DNA of 41,391 nucleotides from Nanobdellota archaeon (GTDB lineage Archaea > Nanobdellota > Nanobdellia > Woesearchaeales > JAHJEM01): positions 1 through 41,391 of the forward strand of contig JBDRLR010000076.1 of the NCBI GenBank assembly GCA_043812855.1, in the 5' to 3' direction. Shown one piece after another: positions 32,053-41,391 of this stretch. The stretch's first letter is position 1. Every line of letters starts with the position of its first letter. The notes beneath the pieces were generated by a model. It was given only the letters and a program-made list of their open reading frames with translations. It had not been told where the DNA came from and did no database searches. Both the position numbers and the translations under genes were made by a program.

Positions 32053-35000
32053 GACGATCGGATACTGCATCGGCGCACTGTCAGCGGCAGCGCTGGTCCT
32101 GTTGCTGGCGGGCATCATCACCGCAATCTCAGTCTCCAGCGGTCCATCCATCACCCCCTCCAATGCCGCCACCAACGACTCACTCAACTGCTCATGGATA
32201 CCGCTCGGCGGAGGGACACTGCTTGCCAACGTCACGTGGTACAACGGCACTTCAGCCTACTCGACCGAGAACGACATCGCATGCGTCAACAACACGCTCT
32301 GCCAGACACCGCTTGGAGTGCTGGGATCCGCGACGATGCGCGACGAGAAGTGGAACTACACCGTCCTCGTGCACAACGGGACCGAGAATGTGACAACGAG
32401 CGTAAGCGTGAACATCTCCAACGCAGACCCGACGATCGAGCCATTCTACAACGTGACGGTCCCTGAAGATAGAGCCTACTCAGTCAGGATCAACGCCACC
32501 GACCCAGAATCAGACACCCTGACCTGGTTCTCCAACGACAACAACTACACCAGCGATCTGTTCACCATCGACCAGGACACGGGATGGATCAACTTCACGC
32601 CCACGCAGAGCCAAGTCGCCAACCACACCATGGACATCATCGTCATCGACGGACACGGAGGAAGCGACACCTTCCGCGTCATCTACACCGTGCAGGAGAT
32701 CAACGATAGACCATACTTCGTGCCCGCCCTCACCGACCAAGCCGCCGTGCAAGACGCCCAATTCACCTACGCCATCATCGGAAACGACGAGGAGAACGAC
32801 ACCATCAACTTCTCACTCTACGCACCGAGCCTGCCCGACCTGCAGCTCAACTGGTCGAACGGCACCATCAGCATCCTGACATTCGGCAGCAACGGAGGCG
32901 CACCACAATACGCAGACGGAGGGACACACACCGTCAACATCACCGTCTACGACGTCGCCAACACCTCGCGCAACCAGTCGCAGAACATCACGCTCACCAT
33001 CACGACCATCAACCAGGATCCCGTCCTTGCGACCATGCCCAACCGCACCGGGACACAAGGCAACAGCTTCTCCGCGTCCATCAACGCCACCGACGTGGAT
33101 GCCGGCGACACGCTCAGTTTCGCGTCCGCAGTCAACTGCAGCCTCCCGAACCCATGGACTGTGACGACGACGAGCAGCGCGGCCAGCGCAGGAGAGGCAT
33201 GGATCAACGTCACGCTCAACAACACCCACGTCGTATGCCCCTGGGTCAACATCACGGTGAGCGACGGCAGCGTCACCGTGTGGCAGCTCGTCTATCTCAA
33301 CATCACCAACACCAACGACGCGCCCAGCATCCACAACATCAGCGTCTACACGGGCAACAACGCGGGGAACGACCTGCGCAACCTCTCAAGCGGCGTGGGA
33401 GCGTCATTCGTGTACCTCGTCAACGCCACCGACCCTGATACGTACACGTACGAGAACGAGACGCTCACATATAGTTCCAACGACAGCCTGTTCGAGATCG
33501 GCGGCGCGACCGGCATCATGTCGCTCGCGCTCAACACCAGCCACGTCGGAAACCGCACCGTCAACATCACCGTCACCGACGACGGCGGGCTGTCGACGAG
33601 CGCCGCACTGAACATCAGCATCGCCAACAACACGGTCCCTGTGTTCGAGAACATCACGCTCGTCAGCTGCGCCGAAGGCATATCGTGCACTGTGTACATC
33701 AACGCGGCCGACCCTGACGACGGAGAGAACCTGACATTCACGAGCAACGACACGACACGATTCCCCATCAATTACCACAACACCACCGCGGTACGGTTCA
33801 ACAAGACATTCGTCCAGGACGCCGTCGGCAACTACAGCATCCTGCTGAACGTCTCCGACATGTTCAACGCCACGGACAACGTCAGCTTCCGCCTTGAAGT
33901 CAACAACACCAACGACGCCCCCTTCTTCGACGAGAACTTCGACAATGCCAGCGACACGATAGCATTCCCCATCATCGTCATCGCGCGCGCATTCACGTAC
34001 TGGATCAACGCTACCGACTACGACATCCCATTGGGCGACCAACTGAACATCAGCTACGTCGTGCTGGACTCGGTCAACGCGAGCCTGCTCAACAGCACCC
34101 AGACCAGCAACAACACCCTGCTGGTGCATGCCACGCCCTCCATCGCGGACATCGGCAACTACAGCATCAACATCACCGTCAACGACACCGCAGGACTGTA
34201 CGCGTGGCAAGTCATCAACTTCACCGTCTACAACAGCAGCCTCCCCCCCAACATCACACAGATCAGACCCTACTACAACACCACCCTCGCCGTGACGCTC
34301 AACTCCACCGTCGACACGTCGTTCTACACGACGACCAACGTGAGCGTCAACGTGTCCGAGAACAGCAGCACACTCTTCAACATCACAGCCATAGACCCCG
34401 ACGGATCCACGGACAACCTGACCATCCTGTGGTACCACGAAGGAATCCTCAACAAGAGCGTGCCATACACGTCGAACACGGGCATGCGGGTCGACTGGGG
34501 ATTCTTCACCAACGGGACACGCAACGTGACCGTCGTCGTGCAAGACGCATACTTCAGCAGCACATCCTGGCACTGGGAAGTGGCGGTCGCGAACATCAAT
34601 CGTGCGCCCTTGCTCATCACCAACCTGCAGAACTTCACCAGCAGCAGCGCCATCAACAGCACCACGACGTTCAACAACTACTTCGGATACTACGACACCC
34701 AACAGCACTTCATCGACCCCGATGACGACCTGAACAGCAACAACCAGACCAGAGACAGCGTATCTGACCCCAACGAGAAGTTCACATTGACTGTGACCGC
34801 GACGACGTGCAGCGTCGCCACCCTCTCCATCACCGGACCCAATCTGACGATCACGCCATCATCGATCGGCACCTGCATCGTCAACTTCACCGCGACCGAC
34901 CAGGACGGCGCCAGCCTCATCTCGAACGCGGTGCGCCTGGAAGTCAGCAGCACGGCGACCGTGGTGACGACCACCGTGTCCTCGGGCGGAGGCGGAGGAG

Positions 35001-35737
35001 GAGGGGGCGGATCAAGCGACACCACGCGCACCCAACTGCTGCCAGTTGACAAGCCAAAAGACGTGCCAAAGCCACTTGAGATCATCGTCCCGGGAAGGGT
35101 CGTGATCTACCAGAACAAGGCCATGCGCATCCCCATCGTCCTGACGAACACATGGAACACGACCATCAGCGGCATCCAGCTCTCAGCCGTCACCAACAAC
35201 ACCCTCGTGGACATGAACTTCAGCACCGACTTCTATCCGACCTTGGAGCCGGGACAGCAGGAGATCTCGGAGCTGACTGTCTCGAACTACCGCGAATACG
35301 GCCCCTACGAGATCCAAATCATCGCCAACGTCACCGACCCGGCATTCACTGACACCGGCACGATCTACATCAACTCGCTGGAAGAGAAGAGCGAGGGAGA
35401 AGACATCAACACCAGGCTCCAGTTCGCACGCGACCTCCTCACGACCAACGTCGAATGCCAAGAGCTCAACGAGCTGCTCGACAAAGCAGACGTGGAACGG
35501 GCGAAGCGCAACTACGACACAGCCATCAACATCGTCGATTCAGTCGTGAACGGATGCAAGTACCTTATCAGCACCACCCAGAACGAGCCGGACAACCAGC
35601 AACCCCTGACCTTCGCGCTCTTCTCGTACGTGATCCCTGGGAATATCGTGCTCATCGCCATGGGCGTCATCGGACTATTGATCTTCGTCGCCCTGATCAT
35701 GCTCATCCTGATGCAGCGCAGAACAAAAGAGGATTAG
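32039..35737 (+). CDS. 1232-aa cadherin-repeat surface protein with C-terminal membrane anchor
   Basis: Signal/anchor MARTRTIGYCIGALSAAALVLLLAGIITAI. N-terminal WY-x-NG Ig-like module shared with the giant protein. About nine ~100-aa cadherin-like repeats with linkers INDRPYF, INQDPVL, TNDAPSI, NNTVPVF, TNDAPFF, INRAPLL. Gly9 hinge. CARDB-like module. Helical stalk. TM IVLIAMGVIGLLIFVALIMLILM followed by RRTKED. Dense N-x-S/T sequons. Confidence 0.9.
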   Translation: MARTRTIGYCIGALSAAALVLLLAGIITAISVSSGPSITPSNAATNDSLNCSWIPLGGGTLLANVTWYNGTSAYSTENDIACVNNTLCQTPLGVLGSATMRDEKWNYTVLVHNGTENVTTSVSVNISNADPTIEPFYNVTVPEDRAYSVRINATDPESDTLTWFSNDNNYTSDLFTIDQDTGWINFTPTQSQVANHTMDIIVIDGHGGSDTFRVIYTVQEINDRPYFVPALTDQAAVQDAQFTYAIIGNDEENDTINFSLYAPSLPDLQLNWSNGTISILTFGSNGGAPQYADGGTHTVNITVYDVANTSRNQSQNITLTITTINQDPVLATMPNRTGTQGNSFSASINATDVDAGDTLSFASAVNCSLPNPWTVTTTSSAASAGEAWINVTLNNTHVVCPWVNITVSDGSVTVWQLVYLNITNTNDAPSIHNISVYTGNNAGNDLRNLSSGVGASFVYLVNATDPDTYTYENETLTYSSNDSLFEIGGATGIMSLALNTSHVGNRTVNITVTDDGGLSTSAALNISIANNTVPVFENITLVSCAEGISCTVYINAADPDDGENLTFTSNDTTRFPINYHNTTAVRFNKTFVQDAVGNYSILLNVSDMFNATDNVSFRLEVNNTNDAPFFDENFDNASDTIAFPIIVIARAFTYWINATDYDIPLGDQLNISYVVLDSVNASLLNSTQTSNNTLLVHATPSIADIGNYSINITVNDTAGLYAWQVINFTVYNSSLPPNITQIRPYYNTTLAVTLNSTVDTSFYTTTNVSVNVSENSSTLFNITAIDPDGSTDNLTILWYHEGILNKSVPYTSNTGMRVDWGFFTNGTRNVTVVVQDAYFSSTSWHWEVAVANINRAPLLITNLQNFTSSSAINSTTTFNNYFGYYDTQQHFIDPDDDLNSNNQTRDSVSDPNEKFTLTVTATTCSVATLSITGPNLTITPSSIGTCIVNFTATDQDGASLISNAVRLEVSSTATVVTTTVSSGGGGGGGGGSSDTTRTQLLPVDKPKDVPKPLEIIVPGRVVIYQNKAMRIPIVLTNTWNTTISGIQLSAVTNNTLVDMNFSTDFYPTLEPGQQEISELTVSNYREYGPYEIQIIANVTDPAFTDTGTIYINSLEEKSEGEDINTRLQFARDLLTTNVECQELNELLDKADVERAKRNYDTAINIVDSVVNGCKYLISTTQNEPDNQQPLTFALFSYVIPGNIVLIAMGVIGLLIFVALIMLILMQRRTKED

Positions 35738-36351
35738 ATGCCGGTCAGCTTCTCATAGACCTCATTGATGGCGACGAAATACTCCTGCTTCTCATCCGCC
35801 TCAAGCGCATCGTAGAGCTGCAGAAGCTCAGTGTACAATCGCTTGAGCGCATCCTTATCCTTATTGGCAAGCTCGCTGTTGATGCGCACCAAAAGATGTT
35901 GCAACTGCTCTTTGCGAGGCTCAGGCACCGTCGTGCGCGTGAAGTCATCCACCAATGCCGAATCGATCCGGCTCCTGCGCAGGAGGACGTCCCAGACGTT
36001 CCTCTTGACCGCCCTCGACGGGATAAGACGCCTCACCAACCCGTCGAACTGACGGAGGATACGACGCAGCTCGGCATCCTGGACAGACACGTCAGAATAC
36101 TCGAACTTGCTGATATGCGCAAGAAGCTCATGGATGGCCGCGCGCAGCGGCGCCTCCAAATAGACCTTGTCCAGCTCGCCCCGAATCTCCTCATGCGTAT
36201 ACTCATAATTGATGTCGAGGTATTCCCTGAAGAAGTCCTTGACGATACGATAGACCTCGACCTCAGACACAATTGCCTTCGAGACCGTGTACTGGATCCT
36301 CTTGAGCGTGACTTCTCTTAGAAGCTGCTGCTCACCTCTCTTCTTTGCCAT
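35734..36351 (-). CDS. soluble all-helical protein related to the cytoplasmic tail of 29644-31587 (hypothetical)
   Basis: Start at ATG 36351 (M8 of ORF 35734-36372), ~30 nt downstream of TATA 36377-36386. The stop overlaps the convergent stop of the 1232-aa gene. C-terminal motif: LKRLYTELLQLYDALEADEKQEYFVAINEVYEKL. Confidence 0.7.
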   Translation of the reverse strand: MAKKRGEQQLLREVTLKRIQYTVSKAIVSEVEVYRIVKDFFREYLDINYEYTHEEIRGELDKVYLEAPLRAAIHELLAHISKFEYSDVSVQDAELRRILRQFDGLVRRLIPSRAVKRNVWDVLLRRSRIDSALVDDFTRTTVPEPRKEQLQHLLVRINSELANKDKDALKRLYTELLQLYDALEADEKQEYFVAINEVYEKLTGI

Positions 36352-36376
36352 TACGCATTCATTCCTGAGCAATTCG

Positions 36377-36386
36377 TTTTATAAAG
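36377..36386 (-). promoter_or_regulatory. TATA box for helical protein gene
   Basis: CTTTATAAAA (minus sense) upstream of ATG 36351. Confidence 0.45.
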
Positions 36387-36483
36387 ATTGCTGTCGTCAA
36401 GGCCGATGCGCGCGGCCGGTCACCGGACTACACTGCCCAGTGAAGATGAAACCTGCGCGGTCAGGACGGCAACCACAACAAAG

Positions 36484-36491
36484 TTTTTAAA
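36484..36491 (+). promoter_or_regulatory. TATA box for MoxR operon
   Basis: TTTTTAAA is centred ~26 nt upstream of ATG 36514 (leaderless). Confidence 0.5.
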
Positions 36492-36513
36492 CCAACAATA
36501 GCCAGAAGCAGCC

Positions 36514-37506
<993 letters not shown>

Positions 37507-37509
37507 ACC

Positions 37510-38412
37510 ATGCCACTCAAAGAGCTTCGCGTCGATCTGGCGCCCGGATTCAAGCGCATAGACATCAAAGGACGACGCGACATCCTCAGCCGCATCCTCG
37601 AAGGGCACTTCGTCACCCTCTTCAAGGGGAAAGGCATGGAGTTCACAGGGTATCGTTCCTACTCCTATGGCGACGACGCAAGCCTCATCGACTGGCCGGC
37701 GTCGCTTCGCTCACGCGAGACGCTGGTTAAGGAATTCGAGACATACCGCAACCTGTCCGTGTACATCCTGCTCGACGTGTCCAACAGCATGCTCTTCACC
37801 TCGACACGCGCCAACAAGCTCAAAGTCGAATACGCCGCGGAGCTGGCAAGCAGCCTCGCCTGGGCGGTGCTGCGCACCAACAACTCAGTCGGCATGAGCA
37901 TGTTCAACGACCATCTCGTGAATCGGATCTACCCCGACATCGGACAAGGCATGATCCGACGCATAAACAAAGACCTTTCCGACCCGCAGAAATACGGAGG
38001 CAACTTCGATCTGCGCCGCGCGCTGCAGGAACTGCGCGCATTCTACAAGGACAAGGCCGTGCTCATCATCATCTCAGACTTCCTAGGCATGAACGAAGGA
38101 TGGGAGCGATACCTCACCGGACTGCACGACCAGTTCGAACTGCTCGGAATCATGATCCGCGACCCACGCGACAACACCTTGCCGCACATGTACGGACAGG
38201 TCCGCGTCCAAGACCCCTACAGCGATGACGTCATGCTCGTCGACATCCACCAATACCGCGAAGAGTACGCCAAGACAGTAGAGGAAGAGGAGAAGCGGCT
38301 CCGAAACGCGTTCGGGGTGAGCAAGTACAGCTTCTTGTCCATCATGACGACCGACGACTTCAACGAGAAGATCATGAACTTCTTCCGCAGACGCGCAAGC
38401 ATACGAGGATAA
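37510..38412 (+). CDS. DUF58-domain protein (MoxR partner)
   Basis: GKGMEFTGYRSYSYGDDASLIDWPASLRSRETLVKEFE...VYILLDVSNSM matches the DUF58 pattern. It starts 4 nt after the MoxR stop. Confidence 0.85.
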   Translation: MPLKELRVDLAPGFKRIDIKGRRDILSRILEGHFVTLFKGKGMEFTGYRSYSYGDDASLIDWPASLRSRETLVKEFETYRNLSVYILLDVSNSMLFTSTRANKLKVEYAAELASSLAWAVLRTNNSVGMSMFNDHLVNRIYPDIGQGMIRRINKDLSDPQKYGGNFDLRRALQELRAFYKDKAVLIIISDFLGMNEGWERYLTGLHDQFELLGIMIRDPRDNTLPHMYGQVRVQDPYSDDVMLVDIHQYREEYAKTVEEEEKRLRNAFGVSKYSFLSIMTTDDFNEKIMNFFRRRASIRG

Positions 38413-38413
38413 T

Positions 38414-39367
38414 ATGCAGATCACGTTCGAACACCCCCAATTCCTATGGCTGCTCATCCTGGTGCCTGCAGTCATCATCTTCCACTTCGTCTTCATCCGC
38501 TACAGCCACATCAACGCCATGCGCTTCGCCAACTTCCGCGCACTCAAACGCGTGACCGGCCGCGGCAAGACCACACGCAACCTCACGTTGCTCTTCATCC
38601 GGGTCGTCGCCCTCCTCGCGCTCATCCTGGGCGCATCAGGACTCGCCGTGTGGTACAGCGCTACCGTTGACCGCAACGACTACGTCATCGCCATCGACAC
38701 GTCAGCATCCATGACTGCGGAGGACTTCACGCCCAACCGGCTCGAGATGGCAAAGGGGATCGTGAACGACTTCGTCGAAGCGCTTCCTCCCGACGTGCAA
38801 GTCGGCCTTCTGACCTTCTCCGGCGTGACGCTCATCCAGCAGACCATGACTGTCGATCGATTCGTCATCCTCGACTCGTTGTCAGGCATCGAAGTCGAGA
38901 AGGCGGGAGGGACCGACATCCCCGGCGCAATCATCAGCGGCGCCAACATGCTGCAGACCAGCGAGCAAGGACGCACATTGATCATCATCACGGACGGATC
39001 GAGCACCGTCGGGGCATTCACGGCGGACGCCATCGCGAAGGCCGCCGCGTACGCGGCCGAGAAACACGTCAAGATATACGCCATAGGCATCGGAAGCGAC
39101 ACCGGACCGATCGGATACCTGCCCGAATACTACAATGTGTCCGCGACGTACAACGAAGACACCCTCGTGCAGATCACGAACGCGACCGGCGGAATCTACA
39201 TGCGTCTCCTGGACCCTACGGCGGACGAGCCATTCCAACCACTGATCGATGGTCGGACCCGAGGCGAGACCCGACGCGACCTGGCGGGACTTCTGCTGCT
39301 GATCGCCATCCTCTCATTGTTCGTGGACTGGACGCTATCGAACACTATTTATAGACAACTACCCTGA
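38414..39367 (+). CDS. VWA-domain membrane protein (BatA-like)
   Basis: N-terminal TM after FEHPQFLWLLILVP. MIDAS motif VIAIDTSASM. PNRLEMAK. C-terminal TM LLLLIAILSLFV. Confidence 0.85.
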   Translation: MQITFEHPQFLWLLILVPAVIIFHFVFIRYSHINAMRFANFRALKRVTGRGKTTRNLTLLFIRVVALLALILGASGLAVWYSATVDRNDYVIAIDTSASMTAEDFTPNRLEMAKGIVNDFVEALPPDVQVGLLTFSGVTLIQQTMTVDRFVILDSLSGIEVEKAGGTDIPGAIISGANMLQTSEQGRTLIIITDGSSTVGAFTADAIAKAAAYAAEKHVKIYAIGIGSDTGPIGYLPEYYNVSATYNEDTLVQITNATGGIYMRLLDPTADEPFQPLIDGRTRGETRRDLAGLLLLIAILSLFVDWTLSNTIYRQLP

Positions 39368-39376
39368 CGACCGACC

Positions 39377-39805
39377 ATGATAGCCGACATCCTGCTCAGC
39401 CGCATCGTCATCTCCGTGGTAGTCGCCGCGGTCCTCAGCCAGATCCTCAAATTCATCACGCACCGCATCACCAGCGGAGACTGGGACTGGCGCATGACAT
39501 TCACCGACGGAGGGATGCCCTCCGCGCACACCGCCACGGTCGTAGCGCTGTGCGGATCCATCTTCCTGCTGGAAGGAGCGACGACCGCATTCTACGTCAG
39601 CCTTGTCTACGCGGCAATCACGCTCCGCGACGCCGTCGGCATCCGACTGCAAGCAGGAAAACAAGCCGCTGTGCTGAACCGCATCGCGGACCGGGACGGA
39701 CTGCATCTTCCGCACCTAAAAGAGCTGGTCGGACACACGCCGCTTCAAGTCGCGTTCGGCGTGCTCGTCGGCGTCTTCGTGAGTGTCGTCGTGGCGCTCT
39801 GGTAG
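39377..39805 (+). CDS. divergent PAP2 / DUF212 family membrane protein
   Basis: DGGMPSAHTATVVAL...LRDAVGIRLQAGKQAAVLN...LKELVGHTPLQVAFGVLVG matches the DUF212 signature. Confidence 0.8.
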   Translation: MIADILLSRIVISVVVAAVLSQILKFITHRITSGDWDWRMTFTDGGMPSAHTATVVALCGSIFLLEGATTAFYVSLVYAAITLRDAVGIRLQAGKQAAVLNRIADRDGLHLPHLKELVGHTPLQVAFGVLVGVFVSVVVALW

Positions 39806-39856
39806 GTTCTTAAACGCGTGCATAATCCTTAATAATGAGGCTGCTGTCCCCCAGCT

Positions 39857-40384
39857 ATGGCAAAACGCGTACCATAGTTCTCCTATGTCGGAGTCGACGA
39901 CTACACCCTCCATCCGCAATATCGTGCAGGCACGGCGCAGCAGGGTCTATTCTTCCCGCACCTGCCTGACGACTTTCCAAGCATCATCCATCTTCACCGC
40001 TACGACACGCTCGATGAGGCCGTAGCTTTCAGGCACGAAAGGACAGGCGTGCTCTTGTCCCCACGAATGCAGCCGGGCGGCATCGAAGACGAGACTCTCG
40101 ACCAAGGCCCGTATCTCGTCCTGACCGACGTGGAGATGGGCTATCCCATCGCACTGGCACGTCGATGCAAGGCGCTGGCTCAGACTTCTTCGACCATCCC
40201 ATCATTCGTCCTCATTGCGGACCCCGCGGGCACCATGGAGCACCAAGGTGTCATGCACAGGATAGAGCCCCAATGCCAAGCATATCGCCGTCAAATCCTC
40301 GTGCCGACCCTCGCGGAACTGAACAAAGCCATGCCTGAAGAGTATCATGCCGCGATCAAACTGCTCGATGTGCGAGGATACTGA
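39857..40384 (+). pseudogene. hypothetical protein gene with an in-frame TAG at codon 7
   Basis: ATG 39857 lies ~25 nt downstream of TTAATAAT (39829-39836). The frame reads MAKRVP-TAG-FSYVGVDDYTLHPQY... and stays open to 40384 with genome-typical codons (GAC far more than GAT, ATC far more than ATA). The next canonical start is GTG 40049. The opposite-strand ORF 40202-40396 has atypical codons. Confidence 0.45.
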
Positions 40385-40416
40385 ACGAGTCGGCAATCTG
40401 TGCGGACCTCAGGTAA

Positions 40417-40568
40417 GTAGAAAGTAAGGTCTGCTGCCCTTAAGGGCGAGCGTCAACAAGGACTGAAGTGTGTCGTCCGCGGGGGTTGCGCCATACGGGC
40501 ACGCCGACCAACCGCACCAGAAGGTGACGCGAGCAGGGCAGCAGACCAACGGAACGACTACTTTCTAC
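40417..40568. ncRNA. candidate rod-like structured RNA (possibly SRP-RNA-like; unconfirmed)
   Basis: Perfect long-range pairings: GTAGAAAGTA (40417-40426) with TACTTTCTAC (40559-40568); GGTCTGCTGCCCT (40428-40440) with AGGGCAGCAGACC (40535-40547). The helix continues as GC / tandem GA-GA / GCGTCA-TGACGC and encloses a 69-nt apical region. T5 at 40636-40640. Confidence 0.4.
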
Positions 40569-40643
40569 AAAGCCGCGGACCCCCCGTATTGTTCAACCTG
40601 TAGATGTTAACTCTCGGCTGTTAAGAATTCGGCTGTTTTTAGC

Positions 40644-41391
40644 TTATTTTATCTGTTTTTGACCAGATTCTAGAACTTTAATATCATCTGGCGCTATAAA
40701 TTTCTTTTTCTTAATATACACGAGTGTCTTTTCAGCGTCTTCAGTGATTACTTCTTTGACATTATGTGATTCAAGTGCTAGTTGTTCAGAATTGAAAATT
40801 TTCTGTATATAATTGAACTGGTTAGCATTTTTGATAGCACTCTTGAATGCTGTAACTGGAACACTCGAGTCTGAAGGATATACTTTTTCAAGATCTGAAG
40901 CGGATATTGCTTTCCAATAACCATAATCTTGTTTGTTGAATAATCTGAATTTGTTAAGGGGATTTGTTTTAATAAGAGATAAAAATGCAGGGTTTGGTTT
41001 AAATTCCGTTCTTTTTTCACCAATAGAGTTTAAGCCAACTCCAAATCCAAGAACATCTTTTGCAGGAATAACATCGATAGCTTTGTTCACTCTCATTCCA
41101 ACATTGTGACCATGAATATAACATGAATCCAATATTTTCATTTTATTAAAAGTTTTAAGAACCTTAAAGATACTCATTTTTGAGCTTATCGGATTTGAAC
41201 CTTCAAGATCTAATGAGAAAGCATTAATTCCTTTGCTCTGATAAAATTCCAACAAATCTGGAACGTTTTTACGAGCAAGTTTAGGAATAATTCCCATAAT
41301 CGGCTTGTGATTTAATTGTTCAATACTTTCAATTGCTTTTTCTAAGTATTTTTTATAATCAGGATATGAAATTGGAGAATTTTTTGAATCG
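40644..41391 (-). CDS. hypothetical protein, low-GC (partial; continues beyond window end)
   Basis: The frame of ORF 40644-41297 stays open upstream to the window edge (..DSKNSPISYPDYKKYLEKAIESIEQLNHKPIMGIIPK..). G+C is ~22-33% in two sampled 60-nt lines versus ~60% elsewhere. No recognisable motifs. Confidence 0.6.
   Translation of the reverse strand, partial: DSKNSPISYPDYKKYLEKAIESIEQLNHKPIMGIIPKLARKNVPDLLEFYQSKGINAFSLDLEGSNPISSKMSIFKVLKTFNKMKILDSCYIHGHNVGMRVNKAIDVIPAKDVLGFGVGLNSIGEKRTEFKPNPAFLSLIKTNPLNKFRLFNKQDYGYWKAISASDLEKVYPSDSSVPVTAFKSAIKNANQFNYIQKIFNSEQLALESHNVKEVITEDAEKTLVYIKKKKFIAPDDIKVLESGQKQIK

Noticed and set aside
39875-39877. In-frame TAG as pyrrolysine or a reassigned codon.
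   Set aside because: TAG terminates several well-supported genes here (parvulin at 3676-3678, dnaG at 5670-5672, MoxR at 37504-37506, prs). No pyl genes are visible.
40202-40396. Minus-strand ORF (64 aa) that, with read-through of a TGA, would extend to ~39950.
   Set aside because: It is the codon-position-3-on-1 shadow of the plus frame. It uses GAT and ATA heavily, unlike the rest of the genome, and needs an internal stop.

Overview
This is an archaeal chromosomal fragment. G+C is about 55-65% by eye and codons are strongly C-ending. Archaeal origin is supported by several things seen in the sequence. A/T-rich TATA boxes sit ~26 nt upstream of many start codons, so first genes are mostly leaderless; internal operon genes use GGAGG/GGTG Shine-Dalgarno sites or ATGA/TGATG stop-start overlaps. 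There is an intron-containing tRNA, an archaeal-type DnaG, TFS, NMD3 and a Sec11-type signal peptidase.

Layout:
- 1-15.1 kb, housekeeping: HerA-like ATPase, membrane-anchored parvulin, DnaG, a thymidylate kinase fusion, a nucleotide-kinase-like protein, dCMP deaminase, DUF167, TFS, signal peptidase, NMD3, PRPP synthetase. It also holds a Hel308/Ski2-type helicase that lacks its RecA1 half, a lower-GC free-standing LAGLIDADG endonuclease, and a tRNA-Asn/tRNA-Ile(intron) pair.
- 15.2-35.7 kb, a cell-surface island: a ~3020-aa and a 1232-aa adhesin-like protein bracket a duplicated module of membrane-anchored multi-Ig proteins, small anchored proteins and beta-rich secreted subunits (one copy frameshifted), plus a Cys-repeat membrane protein. 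The operons are headed or ended by tiny DNA-binding proteins: two paralogous HTH genes with a shared palindrome, and three tandem overlapping ~40-aa ribbon-helix-helix genes.
- 35.7-39.8 kb: a helical cytoplasmic protein and a MoxR / DUF58 / VWA / DUF212 operon.
- 39.8-40.6 kb: an ORF interrupted by an in-frame TAG, and a rod-like structured-RNA candidate.
- 40.6-41.4 kb: an abrupt drop to ~30% G+C with a partial foreign-looking gene.

The most interesting hypothesis is that the surface island encodes an undescribed archaeal surface-fibre or adhesin assembly system. The giant protein ends in a domain paralogous to the free small subunits, and the module contains PapD/MSP-like Ig proteins. This is inference from sequence patterns only. 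A small-genome (DPANN-like) lineage is a weak guess, based on the split helicase and the giant surface proteins.
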